From Desulfurococcales archaeon (GTDB lineage: Archaea; Thermoproteota; Thermoprotei_A; Sulfolobales; NBVN01): a stretch of DNA of 64,000 bases. A program made the position numbers and the translations under genes. Of this stretch, positions 18,515-28,725 are shown one piece after another (positions within the stretch are counted from its first letter, which is position 1; each line of letters begins with the position of its first letter). The notes below the pieces were generated by a model, which was given only the letters and a program-made list of their open reading frames with translations, was not told where the DNA came from and ran no database searches. The stretch lies in the NCBI GenBank assembly GCA_015523295.1, contig WAKQ01000009.1, positions 12,805 through 76,804 of the forward strand. Direction: 5' to 3'.

Positions 18515-19993
18515 GTGATTCAACCAGTGTCAAACACCGCCTTAGTTGCTGGATTTGTAATCGCCATAATAATTGTGGGTATAGCTGCATTCTATGCGGG
18601 TCAAATGACCGCGCCACAAGCACCCGCAGCAACCACCACCGTAACCAAAACGGTAGGTGGTGCTGGTGCATCCACAGTGACTCAGACGGTTACTCAAACC
18701 GTCACAGCTTCAGGTACTGCCGCAGCAGGAGGGATTCAGTCCTACACACCACCTAAAGTGGTTAAGGCTGCATGGATCTATATTGGACCCATAGGCGACT
18801 TCGGATGGACATATGCTCACGACTTAGGTCGTAGGGTAGTAGCTTCCCTCTTCAAGGATTGGCTGAAGACAACTTACGTGGAGAACGTTCCTGAAGGCCA
18901 GGAGAAGGCTAGAATTGAGACGCTCATCAGCCAAGGATATAACGTGATCTTCACCACATCCTACGGATACATGGAGGGAACCTTAGACGAAGCAAAACTC
19001 CATCCCAACGTGATGTTCTTCCACTGCAGCGGTTACCTAAGGTATCATAACATGGGTACATACTTCGCTGACTTCTACCAGATCTACTATTTGGACGGCT
19101 TAATTGCAGGGGCATTAACAAAGACAGGTCACTTGGGCTATGTTGCAGCCTTCTATACTCCTGAAGTGGTTAGGCACCTGAATGCCTTCGCTATAGGAGC
19201 TAAAGAAATGGGTGAAAAGCTAGGCAAGAAAATCACCGTCTACACAATCATGCTGGGTGCTTGGTACGCACCTGATAAAGCTAGGAAGGCTGCCGAGACC
19301 CTAGTAAACCAATATAACGTGGACGCGATTGCATGGACGGAGGATTCAACCGCTATCATTCAGTACGCTGAGCAACTCTATAAGCAGCAGGGCAAGCAGA
19401 TATACGTGTTCAGCCACTATAGTCCAGGATATATTTACGGCCCTGACGTAGTTGCAAGCGGCCAGATAGTTAGATGGGAGGTCATTTATGCAGACATCCT
19501 CAGCAAGATAAAGGCCGGGGTCTACACACCATATAACCTACAGAATGTAGATTACTGGGACCTTCTCAACTCAGGTGCTGTGGAGTTCGGCGACTGGATC
19601 TTCCAGAATGGTACCGTGATGCATATCAACCCGAAGTTCATACCCGAGCTGAAAAGCTTAAAAGTTAAGGATGACTTCACCGGGAAGACCGAGAGCGTAT
19701 ACGATTACATCATGTTAAGGTATTACGCCATGAGAAATGCACCCATGATGACACCGCTAGAGGCTGTTGCACCACATCACTACGAGAACATTACAACGAT
19801 TAACATAGGAGGTAAGGAGAAAATCTACCATATAGCACCGCCTTTCGACCCGTTCATTGGACCGCTTTCAGGGTATAAGATCAATAATCCAAGCCAGAAG
19901 GTCAACATACCTGCTGGTGTGAGATTAGGTCACGATGCCCTATGGAGTATGGACTGGTTCGTGAGCTGGGTTAAGGTATTAGGAAAGGCTTAA
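18515..19993 (+). CDS. BMP-family (PnrA-like) nucleoside-binding lipoprotein/substrate-binding protein, membrane-anchored with a Thr-rich linker
   Basis: N-terminal anchor helix, linker TTTVTKTVGGAGASTVTQTVTQTVTASG, then the BMP pattern AWIYIGPIGDFGWTYAH. Confidence 0.8.
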   Translation: MIQPVSNTALVAGFVIAIIIVGIAAFYAGQMTAPQAPAATTTVTKTVGGAGASTVTQTVTQTVTASGTAAAGGIQSYTPPKVVKAAWIYIGPIGDFGWTYAHDLGRRVVASLFKDWLKTTYVENVPEGQEKARIETLISQGYNVIFTTSYGYMEGTLDEAKLHPNVMFFHCSGYLRYHNMGTYFADFYQIYYLDGLIAGALTKTGHLGYVAAFYTPEVVRHLNAFAIGAKEMGEKLGKKITVYTIMLGAWYAPDKARKAAETLVNQYNVDAIAWTEDSTAIIQYAEQLYKQQGKQIYVFSHYSPGYIYGPDVVASGQIVRWEVIYADILSKIKAGVYTPYNLQNVDYWDLLNSGAVEFGDWIFQNGTVMHINPKFIPELKSLKVKDDFTGKTESVYDYIMLRYYAMRNAPMMTPLEAVAPHHYENITTINIGGKEKIYHIAPPFDPFIGPLSGYKINNPSQKVNIPAGVRLGHDALWSMDWFVSWVKVLGKA

Positions 19994-20001
19994 TCTTAGA
20001 G

Positions 20002-21570
20002 GTGGTTATAGTGTCAGAGGCGCAAACCAAAACCTCTGTTTTTACTCAAAACCCTAATTCTTCAAACGAAGTTGTTTTAGAGGCAAAAAACATAGTTAAA
20101 AGGTTCCCTGGGGTTGTAGCCCTAGATCACGTGTCCTTCAACGTAAGGAAGGGGGAGATCCTCGCCCTCCTGGGCGAAAACGGTGCAGGTAAGTCAACGC
20201 TTGTTAAGATATTGTATGGTGTATACGTACCGGATGAGGGGGAGATCGCTGTTGAAGGTAGGAGAGTCTTCATCACATCCCCCCTGGAAGCCATAAAACT
20301 TGGAATATCCATGGTCTCCCAGGTTCCTCAGATCATCGGTTCATTAACTGTGGCTGAAAACATTATCTTAGGACTCTCAAAATACGGCATGATCTCTAAA
20401 ATAAGCAGGGTTAAGGAGTTCATCAGGGAGGAGAGTAAGAGGACGGGCATTGAAGTAGACCCAGATATAGAGGTCTGGAAACTGAGTTACACTCAGAAGC
20501 AGCTTGTGGAGCTACTCAGATCCGTTATACTCGGTGCCAAGGTGATCATGTTAGATGAAGCTATCACGTTCCTGCCAATACAGGAGAAGAGGAGATTCTA
20601 TGAATTTCTAAGGAGATTCGTCGGGCAAGGAGGGTCTGCGATTTTAATCACTCATAAAATACCTGAAGCCCTTGAAGCAGCAGATAGGATAACTGTGCTC
20701 AGGAGGGGCAAGGTTGTCGGTACAGTAGATGCGAAGAAAACAACCTTAGATCAGGTGAGGAAAATGATGTTCGGTGAAAGATCTTCAGAGATAACATATG
20801 AGCGATTACCTCCTTCAAAACCCACGGAGGAAGTCGTAGTTGATGTAGAGGATCTCTGGGTTTTAGGCGCTCATGGCGAATACGCTGTAAAGGGCGTCAC
20901 TCTCGAAGTTCGTGCCGGGGAAGTCTACGGAATAGCCGGGGTTGCCGGTAATGGCCAGTTAGAGCTTATTCAAAGCGTCATAGGGCTAAGAAAGCCAGTT
21001 AAAGGAAGCGTGCGAGTGAAGCTTAACTCTAAGCCTATAGATGTGTCGAAGGTCGGGATCGGTAAAATCAGGTCTATCGGGGTAGGTTATATACCTGATG
21101 AGCCGCTTAAGTTCGGTGTCTCCATGGAGAACAATATAGAGGAGAACCTCGCCATGTTGCCCTCAATCACTAATGGTATTATAAGGTGGGGGAGAATAAA
21201 GAAGCTGGCTGAATCCCTAATCAAGGACTTCGACATAAAGACGCCGTCAAGCAAGACGAAGGTCAAGCTCCTTTCAGGAGGTAATCTTATGAAGGTTCTG
21301 GTATCGAGGGAGCTGATGGTTTCAAAGAAACTGCTGGTTGCTTACAACCCTACTAGAGCTTTGGATGAGGTAACTGCTATAATGGTGCGGAAGAGGATAA
21401 AGGAGAAGGCCTTAAATGAAAAGCTGGCTGTTCTCATGGCATCTGAAGATCTAGACGAGGTGCTTCAAGTGAGCGATAAGATCGCTGTGATGAATTCTGG
21501 AAAAATTGTTAGAGTGTTTAACGCCCAGGAGGCTAAAAGAGAAGAAATTGAGAAGCTCATGGTGATGTGA
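20002..21570 (+). CDS. ABC importer ATP-binding protein with duplicated ATPase domains (sugar/nucleoside type)
   Basis: First Walker A GENGAGKST, second GVAGNGQ. 522 aa. An alternative GTG start at 20011 follows the GAGGTGG ribosome-binding site. Confidence 0.9.
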   Translation: MVIVSEAQTKTSVFTQNPNSSNEVVLEAKNIVKRFPGVVALDHVSFNVRKGEILALLGENGAGKSTLVKILYGVYVPDEGEIAVEGRRVFITSPLEAIKLGISMVSQVPQIIGSLTVAENIILGLSKYGMISKISRVKEFIREESKRTGIEVDPDIEVWKLSYTQKQLVELLRSVILGAKVIMLDEAITFLPIQEKRRFYEFLRRFVGQGGSAILITHKIPEALEAADRITVLRRGKVVGTVDAKKTTLDQVRKMMFGERSSEITYERLPPSKPTEEVVVDVEDLWVLGAHGEYAVKGVTLEVRAGEVYGIAGVAGNGQLELIQSVIGLRKPVKGSVRVKLNSKPIDVSKVGIGKIRSIGVGYIPDEPLKFGVSMENNIEENLAMLPSITNGIIRWGRIKKLAESLIKDFDIKTPSSKTKVKLLSGGNLMKVLVSRELMVSKKLLVAYNPTRALDEVTAIMVRKRIKEKALNEKLAVLMASEDLDEVLQVSDKIAVMNSGKIVRVFNAQEAKREEIEKLMVM

Positions 21571-22784
21571 AGATGAAGCTCATAGTTACCAGAAGGGTTA
21601 AACCCCTTAGATATGGTGGGGTTGTAATTCCTTTACTATCCTTAATAATTGGAGTAGTTATCTCACAGTTAATTCTATGGGCGGTAGGTGTACCTCCCGA
21701 GCTGTTCTACGGTACTATGGCAGGATCTTTCATTGCTCCGGAGATGCTTAGACCCTTCGTCCTCCTCACCATTTTAGGGGCTGCTCTGCTAGTAGCTTTC
21801 ATCGGTGCAGTATGGAACATCGGTGCAGAAGGTCAAATTATCTGGGGGATGATCGTAGCAGCCTATATTGGGGTATTCGTAGCTGCACATTCAATAAAGG
21901 TGCCTCTATCAGAGCTACCGAAATACGAGAGCATGCCTGGTGCTCAAGTGCTCGACGCTACCTACGGTGTCGTGTCTGTAGTGCTATGGAATCCCGTTCT
22001 CGCAGGACTAGTGATGATTCTGGCAGCAGCTGCTGTAGGTGCAGTATGGGCAGCCATTTCAGGAGCTTTAAGGGCCTATCTCGAGATCGATGAGGTAGCA
22101 TCAACCCTTATAATGAACTACATTGCCTACTATTCACTAAACCAGCTAGCCACAGGCCCTATGAGGGGCCTCAGCGTCCAAGCCGCTCAATTCGGCAGGA
22201 CTGATGCCCTTAACGATGCACTTAGATTCCCTAGACTACCAATACCAGGCACGACAGTCACAACCGTTGAAGTGATTTTAGCAGTTATCGCCTTCGTGGG
22301 TGTGTGGTTCATGCTCAAATATACGTCCTTTGGATTAAGGCTTAAGATACTGGGCTCTAATCCGAACGCCTTAAAAGCCGCAGGCGTTGATACGAGGAAA
22401 TACATCACTCTAGCGCTTACTTTAAGCGGCTTAATAGCGGGCACAGTAGGGGCAGCTCTCTTCGCCGGTGACTACTTCTTCCTAGGCAAGATCGACAACA
22501 TAGTCTCACCCCCTACGCAGAACATGGGATACACGGCCATTCTCGTAGCTTGGCTGGCAATGCTCGATATTAGAGCAATACCTATATCGGCATACATAAT
22601 AGCTGGGTTGATGCAGTCAGGCGCCACGCTTCAGGCAAACTTGGGAACCATGGCGGGATTGAGCGGGATGATCAGTGGGGCGGCAATAACTTACACCCTC
22701 ATAGGATTCGTCCTCCTTACATTCTCAGTGCTTAGAGTCCTTACTGAATATAGAATAAGGTTTGTTAGAGGTGGTCCTAAATGA
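21567..22784 (+). CDS. ABC importer permease (BMP/nucleoside system, first permease)
   Basis: Polytopic protein whose start overlaps the ATPase stop (ATGA-type coupling). Confidence 0.8.
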   Translation: MKMKLIVTRRVKPLRYGGVVIPLLSLIIGVVISQLILWAVGVPPELFYGTMAGSFIAPEMLRPFVLLTILGAALLVAFIGAVWNIGAEGQIIWGMIVAAYIGVFVAAHSIKVPLSELPKYESMPGAQVLDATYGVVSVVLWNPVLAGLVMILAAAAVGAVWAAISGALRAYLEIDEVASTLIMNYIAYYSLNQLATGPMRGLSVQAAQFGRTDALNDALRFPRLPIPGTTVTTVEVILAVIAFVGVWFMLKYTSFGLRLKILGSNPNALKAAGVDTRKYITLALTLSGLIAGTVGAALFAGDYFFLGKIDNIVSPPTQNMGYTAILVAWLAMLDIRAIPISAYIIAGLMQSGATLQANLGTMAGLSGMISGAAITYTLIGFVLLTFSVLRVLTEYRIRFVRGGPK

Positions 22785-23680
22785 TGAGCCTAAAAACAAT
22801 CCTGGACCTAGTTCTTGCAGCCGGGCCTGCCTTCGCGACGTACTACCTAGCAGCGGTAGGTCATGGAATTTTCGAGAAATCAGGTGTCCTTAACTTAGCC
22901 ATAGATGGAGTATTCACCTTAGGTGTCGCCTTAGCTTTCGCAGTCTCTGCTGTCTACATGAATCCCAACTTAGGCCTCCTTGCCTCAGTAATCGTTGCCT
23001 CAGCTTTCGGGGTGATTATCGCCTACCTGACTACGAAGTTCCCGACCAGCCACGGTGCCATCGGCCTTTCTACCATGTTTGTTGGGTATGGTCTAGCGTC
23101 ACTTATTGGAGTCCCTATCAGGAGTACTACACCTAACGCTGCATGGTACCCTCTAAGCGACACGTTCTGGGCTGAAATAATAGTGGTTGCTGTTGTGATA
23201 GGTCTCCTCGCCCAATATATGCTCCGGAAGACAAAACTAGGTGCATCTATAAGGGCTGCTGGTGAGAACCCCTATGCGGCATCTGCTTTAGGTGTCGACA
23301 TATTAAAGATTAGGTTGATAGCTGGGGCTATAGGGTATGCCCTTATAGGGGCGGGTGCGGCTCTCTATGTGCTCGCGTATACTCAGTCATGGTCAGAGGG
23401 CACGGGAATGGGTCATGGATGGGTGGCCTTCGCAGTCTCACTCTCTGCAGGTAGAAGCCCATTATTAACTCTGTTGAGCGCTGCAGTGTTCGGTGGGCTC
23501 GTCAACTACAGTTACTCCCTCCAAGCAGCAGCTAATCTAAGCCCCCATATAACGAACATGCTTCCTTTCATAGCGGCACTAGCTGCAATGGTGATCTATG
23601 CAGTGACTCCACTAAGAAGAAGGCTGGCACCTCCAAAGGGTCTCGGCAAAATATATTTCAAGGAGGAGAGAACAGTCTGA
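22781..23680 (+). CDS. ABC importer permease (BMP/nucleoside system, second permease)
   Basis: Polytopic protein whose start overlaps the previous stop. Confidence 0.8.
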   Translation: MMSLKTILDLVLAAGPAFATYYLAAVGHGIFEKSGVLNLAIDGVFTLGVALAFAVSAVYMNPNLGLLASVIVASAFGVIIAYLTTKFPTSHGAIGLSTMFVGYGLASLIGVPIRSTTPNAAWYPLSDTFWAEIIVVAVVIGLLAQYMLRKTKLGASIRAAGENPYAASALGVDILKIRLIAGAIGYALIGAGAALYVLAYTQSWSEGTGMGHGWVAFAVSLSAGRSPLLTLLSAAVFGGLVNYSYSLQAAANLSPHITNMLPFIAALAAMVIYAVTPLRRRLAPPKGLGKIYFKEERTV

Positions 23681-23691
23681 TCTCGATCTAA

Positions 23692-24480
23692 CTATCTCGC
23701 ATCTTTCTCTTTTTCAGTTAACAGCCTCTCCAGGCCTTTAAGCTTCCTCCCTATCTTCTCCAAGTCCAGTGCCCCTTCCGAGGTATAGCTTGGTAGATGG
23801 AACTCCATATTGAGTTTAGAGTTAGACCAATAGATGAGAACCTCTGATGAGCCCTTCAGCATCCCACCTAGCCTGCCCTTAAAGGAAGCGTAGACTCCTT
23901 CCTTAACTTTAACCTTCCTGAATCGAAGGTTTTTCCCCATGAAGTCAAGCACGGTGTTAAAGAGGATGTCCTTGCTTAACGCACTATGAATCACGCAGAT
24001 ATGCTTATTGAAGGATTTAGACCTGCAGGAGATATGATCACCTATAATGAGCTTATCCGTTCCTCTTCTCACCGATGAGAGATCCCTATATAGGAGCACT
24101 GAAGCACCAACTGCTGCTAATCCAAGCAAACTGACGCCTGCCCTTAAAGCCTTAGTGTAGGCCGAGGCCCTGCAAATTGATATAGTGCAGCTGCTCGGGC
24201 AGGTTATCGAGTAGTTCCCTCTCGATGGCACCATCAGCTCGTTGCCGACGCCTAGCTTTCTCTTATAACCGCTGCTTTCCTCTACCAGGATATAAGTGGC
24301 AGCAGGATTACCTCCTTTAAGGTATACTCTATCACCTGCCTCAAGTGTCACTTGCATGGAGCTATTGGCTAGGAATTCATCCCTGCAGTCTAGGGTGAGA
24401 TGAGTTTCAAGTATGCCTACCCCTAAGCCAATCCCTATAATGCTCAAAGCGAGTGTCAACACCAGCCACACCGTTCTCAA
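23692..24480 (-). CDS. Hypothetical two-TM membrane protein with a Cys-containing extracytoplasmic loop and a cytoplasmic tail of about 130 aa
   Basis: TM helices near residues 5-25 and 113-131. Loop cysteines occur in LDCRDE and ITCPSSCTISIC. No family recognised. Confidence 0.5.
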   Translation of the reverse strand: MRTVWLVLTLALSIIGIGLGVGILETHLTLDCRDEFLANSSMQVTLEAGDRVYLKGGNPAATYILVEESSGYKRKLGVGNELMVPSRGNYSITCPSSCTISICRASAYTKALRAGVSLLGLAAVGASVLLYRDLSSVRRGTDKLIIGDHISCRSKSFNKHICVIHSALSKDILFNTVLDFMGKNLRFRKVKVKEGVYASFKGRLGGMLKGSSEVLIYWSNSKLNMEFHLPSYTSEGALDLEKIGRKLKGLERLLTEKEKDAR

Positions 24481-24678
24481 AGCAGATGCCCGGAGGTCTA
24501 CTCCTCCAAGGTTTAATTAAGTGTTCCCCTTCTTTAAGGTCATCCCGGGTTTCAACTTAAAAGCTCTTTCATAGAAGTACTTCACAGGGGATCAGAAAGT
24601 TGTATACCAAGATATACTTAAGTTTACAGTTGCTCGGAGGAAGCGAATCAATTATGAAGAGGTGAGGGGGATTACCTG

Positions 24679-25509
24679 GTGATGGGTTTCATACCGCTAC
24701 TGTCTTTTCTCCTTGTAGTTCTTTTCTCAATTATTGTTGTCAGGGTCGGGACAGTAGCTTTAACGATGACTGGACTGTCGAGGGATGTAGCGGCCTTTCA
24801 AGCTCAGTCAGCATTTTCAGGGGTGGGATTTACAACATCGGAGTCGGAATACGTCGTATCTCATCCTGTCAGGAGGAGGATAATAAGAGTTCTAATGCTC
24901 CTTGGCAGTGCCGGCCTTACTTCAGCTATGGCGACCTTAGTGCTTACTTTCGTCGGCAATACTTCTGTCGAGATGATGTATAATGGATTGTGGCTTGCTA
25001 TAGGTTTAGGTTTGCTGTATGGATTCAGCAGGTCTAAGTTAGTAGATAGAGGATTGAGTAAGGCAATTGAGTTGGCTCTAACTAGATGGACAAACATTAA
25101 AGTGTTTGATTATGAGCAACTCCTTGGCTTAAGTAAGGGATATACTATCTCTATGGTTAAGGTAAAACCTGGGAGCTGGTTGGAGGGTAGAACATTAAGG
25201 GAGTTGAGGTTAAGGGACGAAGGCGTCGTGGTGCTTGCCGTTTATAAAAAGGCTGACGGGAAGGAAGTTTACCTGGGGGTTCCGAGCCTAGACCTTAGGC
25301 TTGAGGCAGGGGACACCCTTGTTTGCTACGGACCAAGCGATGTATTGAGTAGTTTGCCTGAGAGGTTGAAAGGCATAAGCGGTGAGCTAGATCATGTAAG
25401 GGCTATGGCAAAGCAAGCTATTAGGGAGCAGGAGGAGAGAGCTGATGAGGAGAAGCTCATAGGAAGGAAGTCAAACTCCTCTACAACGCCCCCTCAGGAT
25501 AAAAAGTAA
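24679..25509 (+). CDS. Membrane protein with a KtrB/TrkH-like pore-loop segment fused to a TrkA-C (RCK_C) domain
   Basis: N-terminal helix - FQAQSAFSGVGFTT - helix. The C-terminal GSWLEGRTLRELRLRDEGVVVLAVYK...LEAGDTLVCYG is a typical TrkA-C pattern. Confidence 0.6.
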   Translation: MMGFIPLLSFLLVVLFSIIVVRVGTVALTMTGLSRDVAAFQAQSAFSGVGFTTSESEYVVSHPVRRRIIRVLMLLGSAGLTSAMATLVLTFVGNTSVEMMYNGLWLAIGLGLLYGFSRSKLVDRGLSKAIELALTRWTNIKVFDYEQLLGLSKGYTISMVKVKPGSWLEGRTLRELRLRDEGVVVLAVYKKADGKEVYLGVPSLDLRLEAGDTLVCYGPSDVLSSLPERLKGISGELDHVRAMAKQAIREQEERADEEKLIGRKSNSSTTPPQDKK

Positions 25510-25544
25510 ATACTTCGCTATAACTACCTCCTAGGCTGATAATC

Positions 25545-27257
25545 GTGGAAGCAGAAGATATAGTCTCAAGATACTACGGCAGGCTGTTCTTTCTTCCTGA
25601 GGCGTGGAAAGTAGCGTTACTCTACATAGCATTGTTGATTGGCGTGGGGATTATCAACGGGATCCCGCCTCTCTCAGTGTACACCATAGGTAGATCTGCC
25701 TATCAATACGTTATCATAGGAATAGCTATTTTCCTCATGTTTATGCCCTTAAACGTAAGTAGGGTTTTCTCTGTAAAAAGAATACTAGGTCTCTCACTAG
25801 CGATGATTGTGGCTTCATTGCCTGCAGAGATAGTCTTCTTCAGGATCACTGGGCTCAGGGGTACGGGGATGCTTGCAGGCAGCGGGTTAGTATTTCTTGT
25901 GCTCACGGCCTTTTACACCCCGCTGATATCCCTAGCTATCGCTTCATCAGTACCGTTACTTGCGTTTATGGCTGTAAACGAGTTGTTCGGGACCCTGACC
26001 CTTAACACTATTATGGGTGCTGCCCTAACTGATCTCACGTCAATACTGGCAGGGAATGTTTTCTGGCTATATATTGAGTGGCTGGGCAAAAGGCTCAGCG
26101 GATATTCACCAATGTGGCTAGCAAGGTCCTTTCTAAACACATGGTTAACTAAGGATCCAGCAAGCCTTGAAAAGGTGTTCACTAGTACAGGCAGCATCAC
26201 CGACGTTAAGGTGAAAGCCCTCCTCCTGAACAAGGGGGGCAGGAATAGAGTGTTAATGATTTTTCCATCCATTCACTTCGGCCCTTTCAGGGATATCGGA
26301 TCTTCTAGATTCATCTACCAGTTAGAGGGCTTGCTGGAACCTGAGTTCAAGCTGCTGACCTTTCATACAGCAGGGTCTCATGAACATAATATAGCTTCAT
26401 CGCAGGAATCACTTAGAGTCGCTGAAGAGATAGCTAAAGCCGTGAAAGAGAAACTTAATCACATAAAACTTGAGGGGATGTGCGAACCTTATCGGGTGAA
26501 AGTTAACGATGGCTGGGAAGGATTCACTATAAGTAGTCCTTCTTCATTAGCGGTGTTTGTGGTGAACAAAAAGAATGGGAATGATGACCTACCTCACGAG
26601 CTTTGGAACATCATAGAAGAGGATCCAAGGTCTCCAGAGGTCGTCGCTATCGCCGACTCACATTCCTTTAGGGGGCCGAAGGTTACAGATGTTAGGGTGT
26701 TGAAGCCATTAATAGATGCTGTTCTAAGCAGGTACGACTGTAGTGAAGGCGAAGACTTTCTCATGGGGTTCGGGGAAGCGTCCCTGAAAGAGGATTGTAG
26801 ATGTATATGTTATCCTAAGGTTAAGTTTTTATCGATAAAAGCTAATGGAAGGAGATATGGCATTGCCTACATCTACGGTAACAACATGGATGGAAACTAC
26901 AGGATGAAGTTAGAGGATATGATCAAGTCCCTCGGTTATCATGATGTGGAAGTGGTAACTCCAGACGATCATAGCTGTGCAGCCTCCTTTGAAGACGCCC
27001 CTTATGACGTCGTTAGGGAATGTCCTTCACTATCTGAGGCAGTAGCACAGGCAGCTGAAAAGGCTATCAAAGATGAATCACCTGCGAGAATATCCCCCTT
27101 CAAGTTCACGGTTCCAAATGTGCGGATAGCAAGCGACAGAATATTCGAGTTCATAGATTCCCTCTCCATTCTCGGCTCCAGGGGTGAGAAGGGTCTTATA
27201 GCATTGCTTGCAGTAGTAAATGTTTTACCGCTGCTCATCTATCTAACCTTATTTTAA
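25545..27257 (+). CDS. DUF2070-family archaeal membrane protein
   Basis: 570 aa. The N-terminal polytopic region, large soluble domain and C-terminal TM match the size and architecture of DUF2070 proteins. Family call from memory. Confidence 0.55.
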   Translation: MEAEDIVSRYYGRLFFLPEAWKVALLYIALLIGVGIINGIPPLSVYTIGRSAYQYVIIGIAIFLMFMPLNVSRVFSVKRILGLSLAMIVASLPAEIVFFRITGLRGTGMLAGSGLVFLVLTAFYTPLISLAIASSVPLLAFMAVNELFGTLTLNTIMGAALTDLTSILAGNVFWLYIEWLGKRLSGYSPMWLARSFLNTWLTKDPASLEKVFTSTGSITDVKVKALLLNKGGRNRVLMIFPSIHFGPFRDIGSSRFIYQLEGLLEPEFKLLTFHTAGSHEHNIASSQESLRVAEEIAKAVKEKLNHIKLEGMCEPYRVKVNDGWEGFTISSPSSLAVFVVNKKNGNDDLPHELWNIIEEDPRSPEVVAIADSHSFRGPKVTDVRVLKPLIDAVLSRYDCSEGEDFLMGFGEASLKEDCRCICYPKVKFLSIKANGRRYGIAYIYGNNMDGNYRMKLEDMIKSLGYHDVEVVTPDDHSCAASFEDAPYDVVRECPSLSEAVAQAAEKAIKDESPARISPFKFTVPNVRIASDRIFEFIDSLSILGSRGEKGLIALLAVVNVLPLLIYLTLF

Positions 27258-27396
27258 ACGATGATTCTGAATAGAACCTTCAAAATATTATCGTGTAGGA
27301 AGCTGCCTAATCCTCCCTGCAACTCAAGTGCGGCTTAGAGAATGCCGGTGTATTATTTAATTTGCTAAAAGCACCATAGGAGTCAGGAGAGGGAAA

Positions 27397-28725
27397 ATGA
27401 GGAATGATTATCTCCTTATTAAGGATCCCGTGCATGGGTATGTACGTGTATACCCTCATGAAAGATGTCTAATCGACTCATCAGCTTTTCAAAGATTAAG
27501 AAGGCTGAAGCAGCTATCCACGACTTATCTAGTGTATCCGGGAGCTGTTCATAACAGGTTTGCTCACTCTTTAGGGGTGATGCATGTCGCGGGTATCTTC
27601 GCCGAACACATTTACTCTAAGCTCGATATAGGGCTGGATGAGGTGAGGAGGCTCTCAATGATAGCTAGGCTTTTAGGCCTTCTTCACGATATAGGTCATG
27701 GTCCATTCTCCCATACCTTTGAAGATCATGTCCTCGTAAATTACAGCACTAACCATGAGGTAATAGGTGGCAGGCTAGTTAGGGAAGACCCTGAGCTATC
27801 TGACTGCTTCGACAAATACATTGAAAAAGAGCTAGGGGTTTCAGCTGAGACGATGGGTAAGATGATCGAGGCTCCTGCCACCGAGGTGTGGCCTTTAACT
27901 TCCAGTATAGCCGAGGGTGTGACTGAGAGATCGCTGTATTACATAATCAAAGGGCCCTATAGTGCCGATCTCATCGACTACCTAATAAGGGACTCGCTCT
28001 TCACAGGCGCTAATTATGGGCTTGGGCTTGACTGGGAGAGACTTGCATATAACTCTACGGTAATCAACGACAGGTTAGTACTTGATTATAAAGCGAAGGA
28101 CGTGTTAGACAACCTCCTAATAGCAAGAGTCTTCATGTTTAAGACCGTGTACTTCCATAAGACTACTAGAGCCTTCGATAAGGCAGCAGGTGAAATGCTA
28201 GTAAAGGCTGACAATATCTTGAAGTTCGGGGATGCAGTTAATGACTTAAGTCGCTATGCTCTCCTGGATGATGAGTCAGTCCTTTCCCATCCGGAGGTAA
28301 GAAAGCTTGAGGAAGCCCAGTACCTTTTACAGAGGAGAGTGCCCTATAAGGCTGTTTACCAGGCTGTTCTTCCAGTAGATACAAGCACGAAGGTCTTCCT
28401 TAACTTCAGTAGGAGAATTATTAAAGAGGAGCTTGAGACTAGGCTTAGGGAGGTCGCAAGTATCAGCAATGATGACGAATTAGTTTTTGTCGACACTCCG
28501 AAATTACCGACTAATCCGATGTTTGAAGAAGTCGCTGTCCCCATCCTGGGACCTGATGGTGAAATAAGCGAGAAACCGGTTAGGGAGACTCTGATGGGCC
28601 TAATGCCTTCTGAAATAGCCTTCATCAGAATATACATAAAGAGTAAATACTCTTCCCATGCCGACCTTCTTAGAAACATAGCGAGCACTGTTTTCCAAGG
28701 GAAGGAAACGAGGACATTCTACTAA
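27397..28725 (+). CDS. HD-domain dNTP triphosphohydrolase-like protein (SAMHD1/dGTPase-related)
   Basis: RFAHSLGVMHVA ... LLGLLHDIGHGPFSH ... ADLIDYLIRD, the classic HD...HD...D arrangement. Confidence 0.85.
   Translation: MRNDYLLIKDPVHGYVRVYPHERCLIDSSAFQRLRRLKQLSTTYLVYPGAVHNRFAHSLGVMHVAGIFAEHIYSKLDIGLDEVRRLSMIARLLGLLHDIGHGPFSHTFEDHVLVNYSTNHEVIGGRLVREDPELSDCFDKYIEKELGVSAETMGKMIEAPATEVWPLTSSIAEGVTERSLYYIIKGPYSADLIDYLIRDSLFTGANYGLGLDWERLAYNSTVINDRLVLDYKAKDVLDNLLIARVFMFKTVYFHKTTRAFDKAAGEMLVKADNILKFGDAVNDLSRYALLDDESVLSHPEVRKLEEAQYLLQRRVPYKAVYQAVLPVDTSTKVFLNFSRRIIKEELETRLREVASISNDDELVFVDTPKLPTNPMFEEVAVPILGPDGEISEKPVRETLMGLMPSEIAFIRIYIKSKYSSHADLLRNIASTVFQGKETRTFY

Noticed and set aside
24481-24678. 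Possible small RNA or leader in the 198-nt divergent spacer. It has a GGAGG-tctact-CCTCC hairpin at 24492-24507 and CCCGG/CCGGG pairing.
   Set aside because: The helices are short and mutually exclusive. No terminator or well-spaced promoter supports a discrete RNA. It is probably just promoter and 5' UTR sequence.
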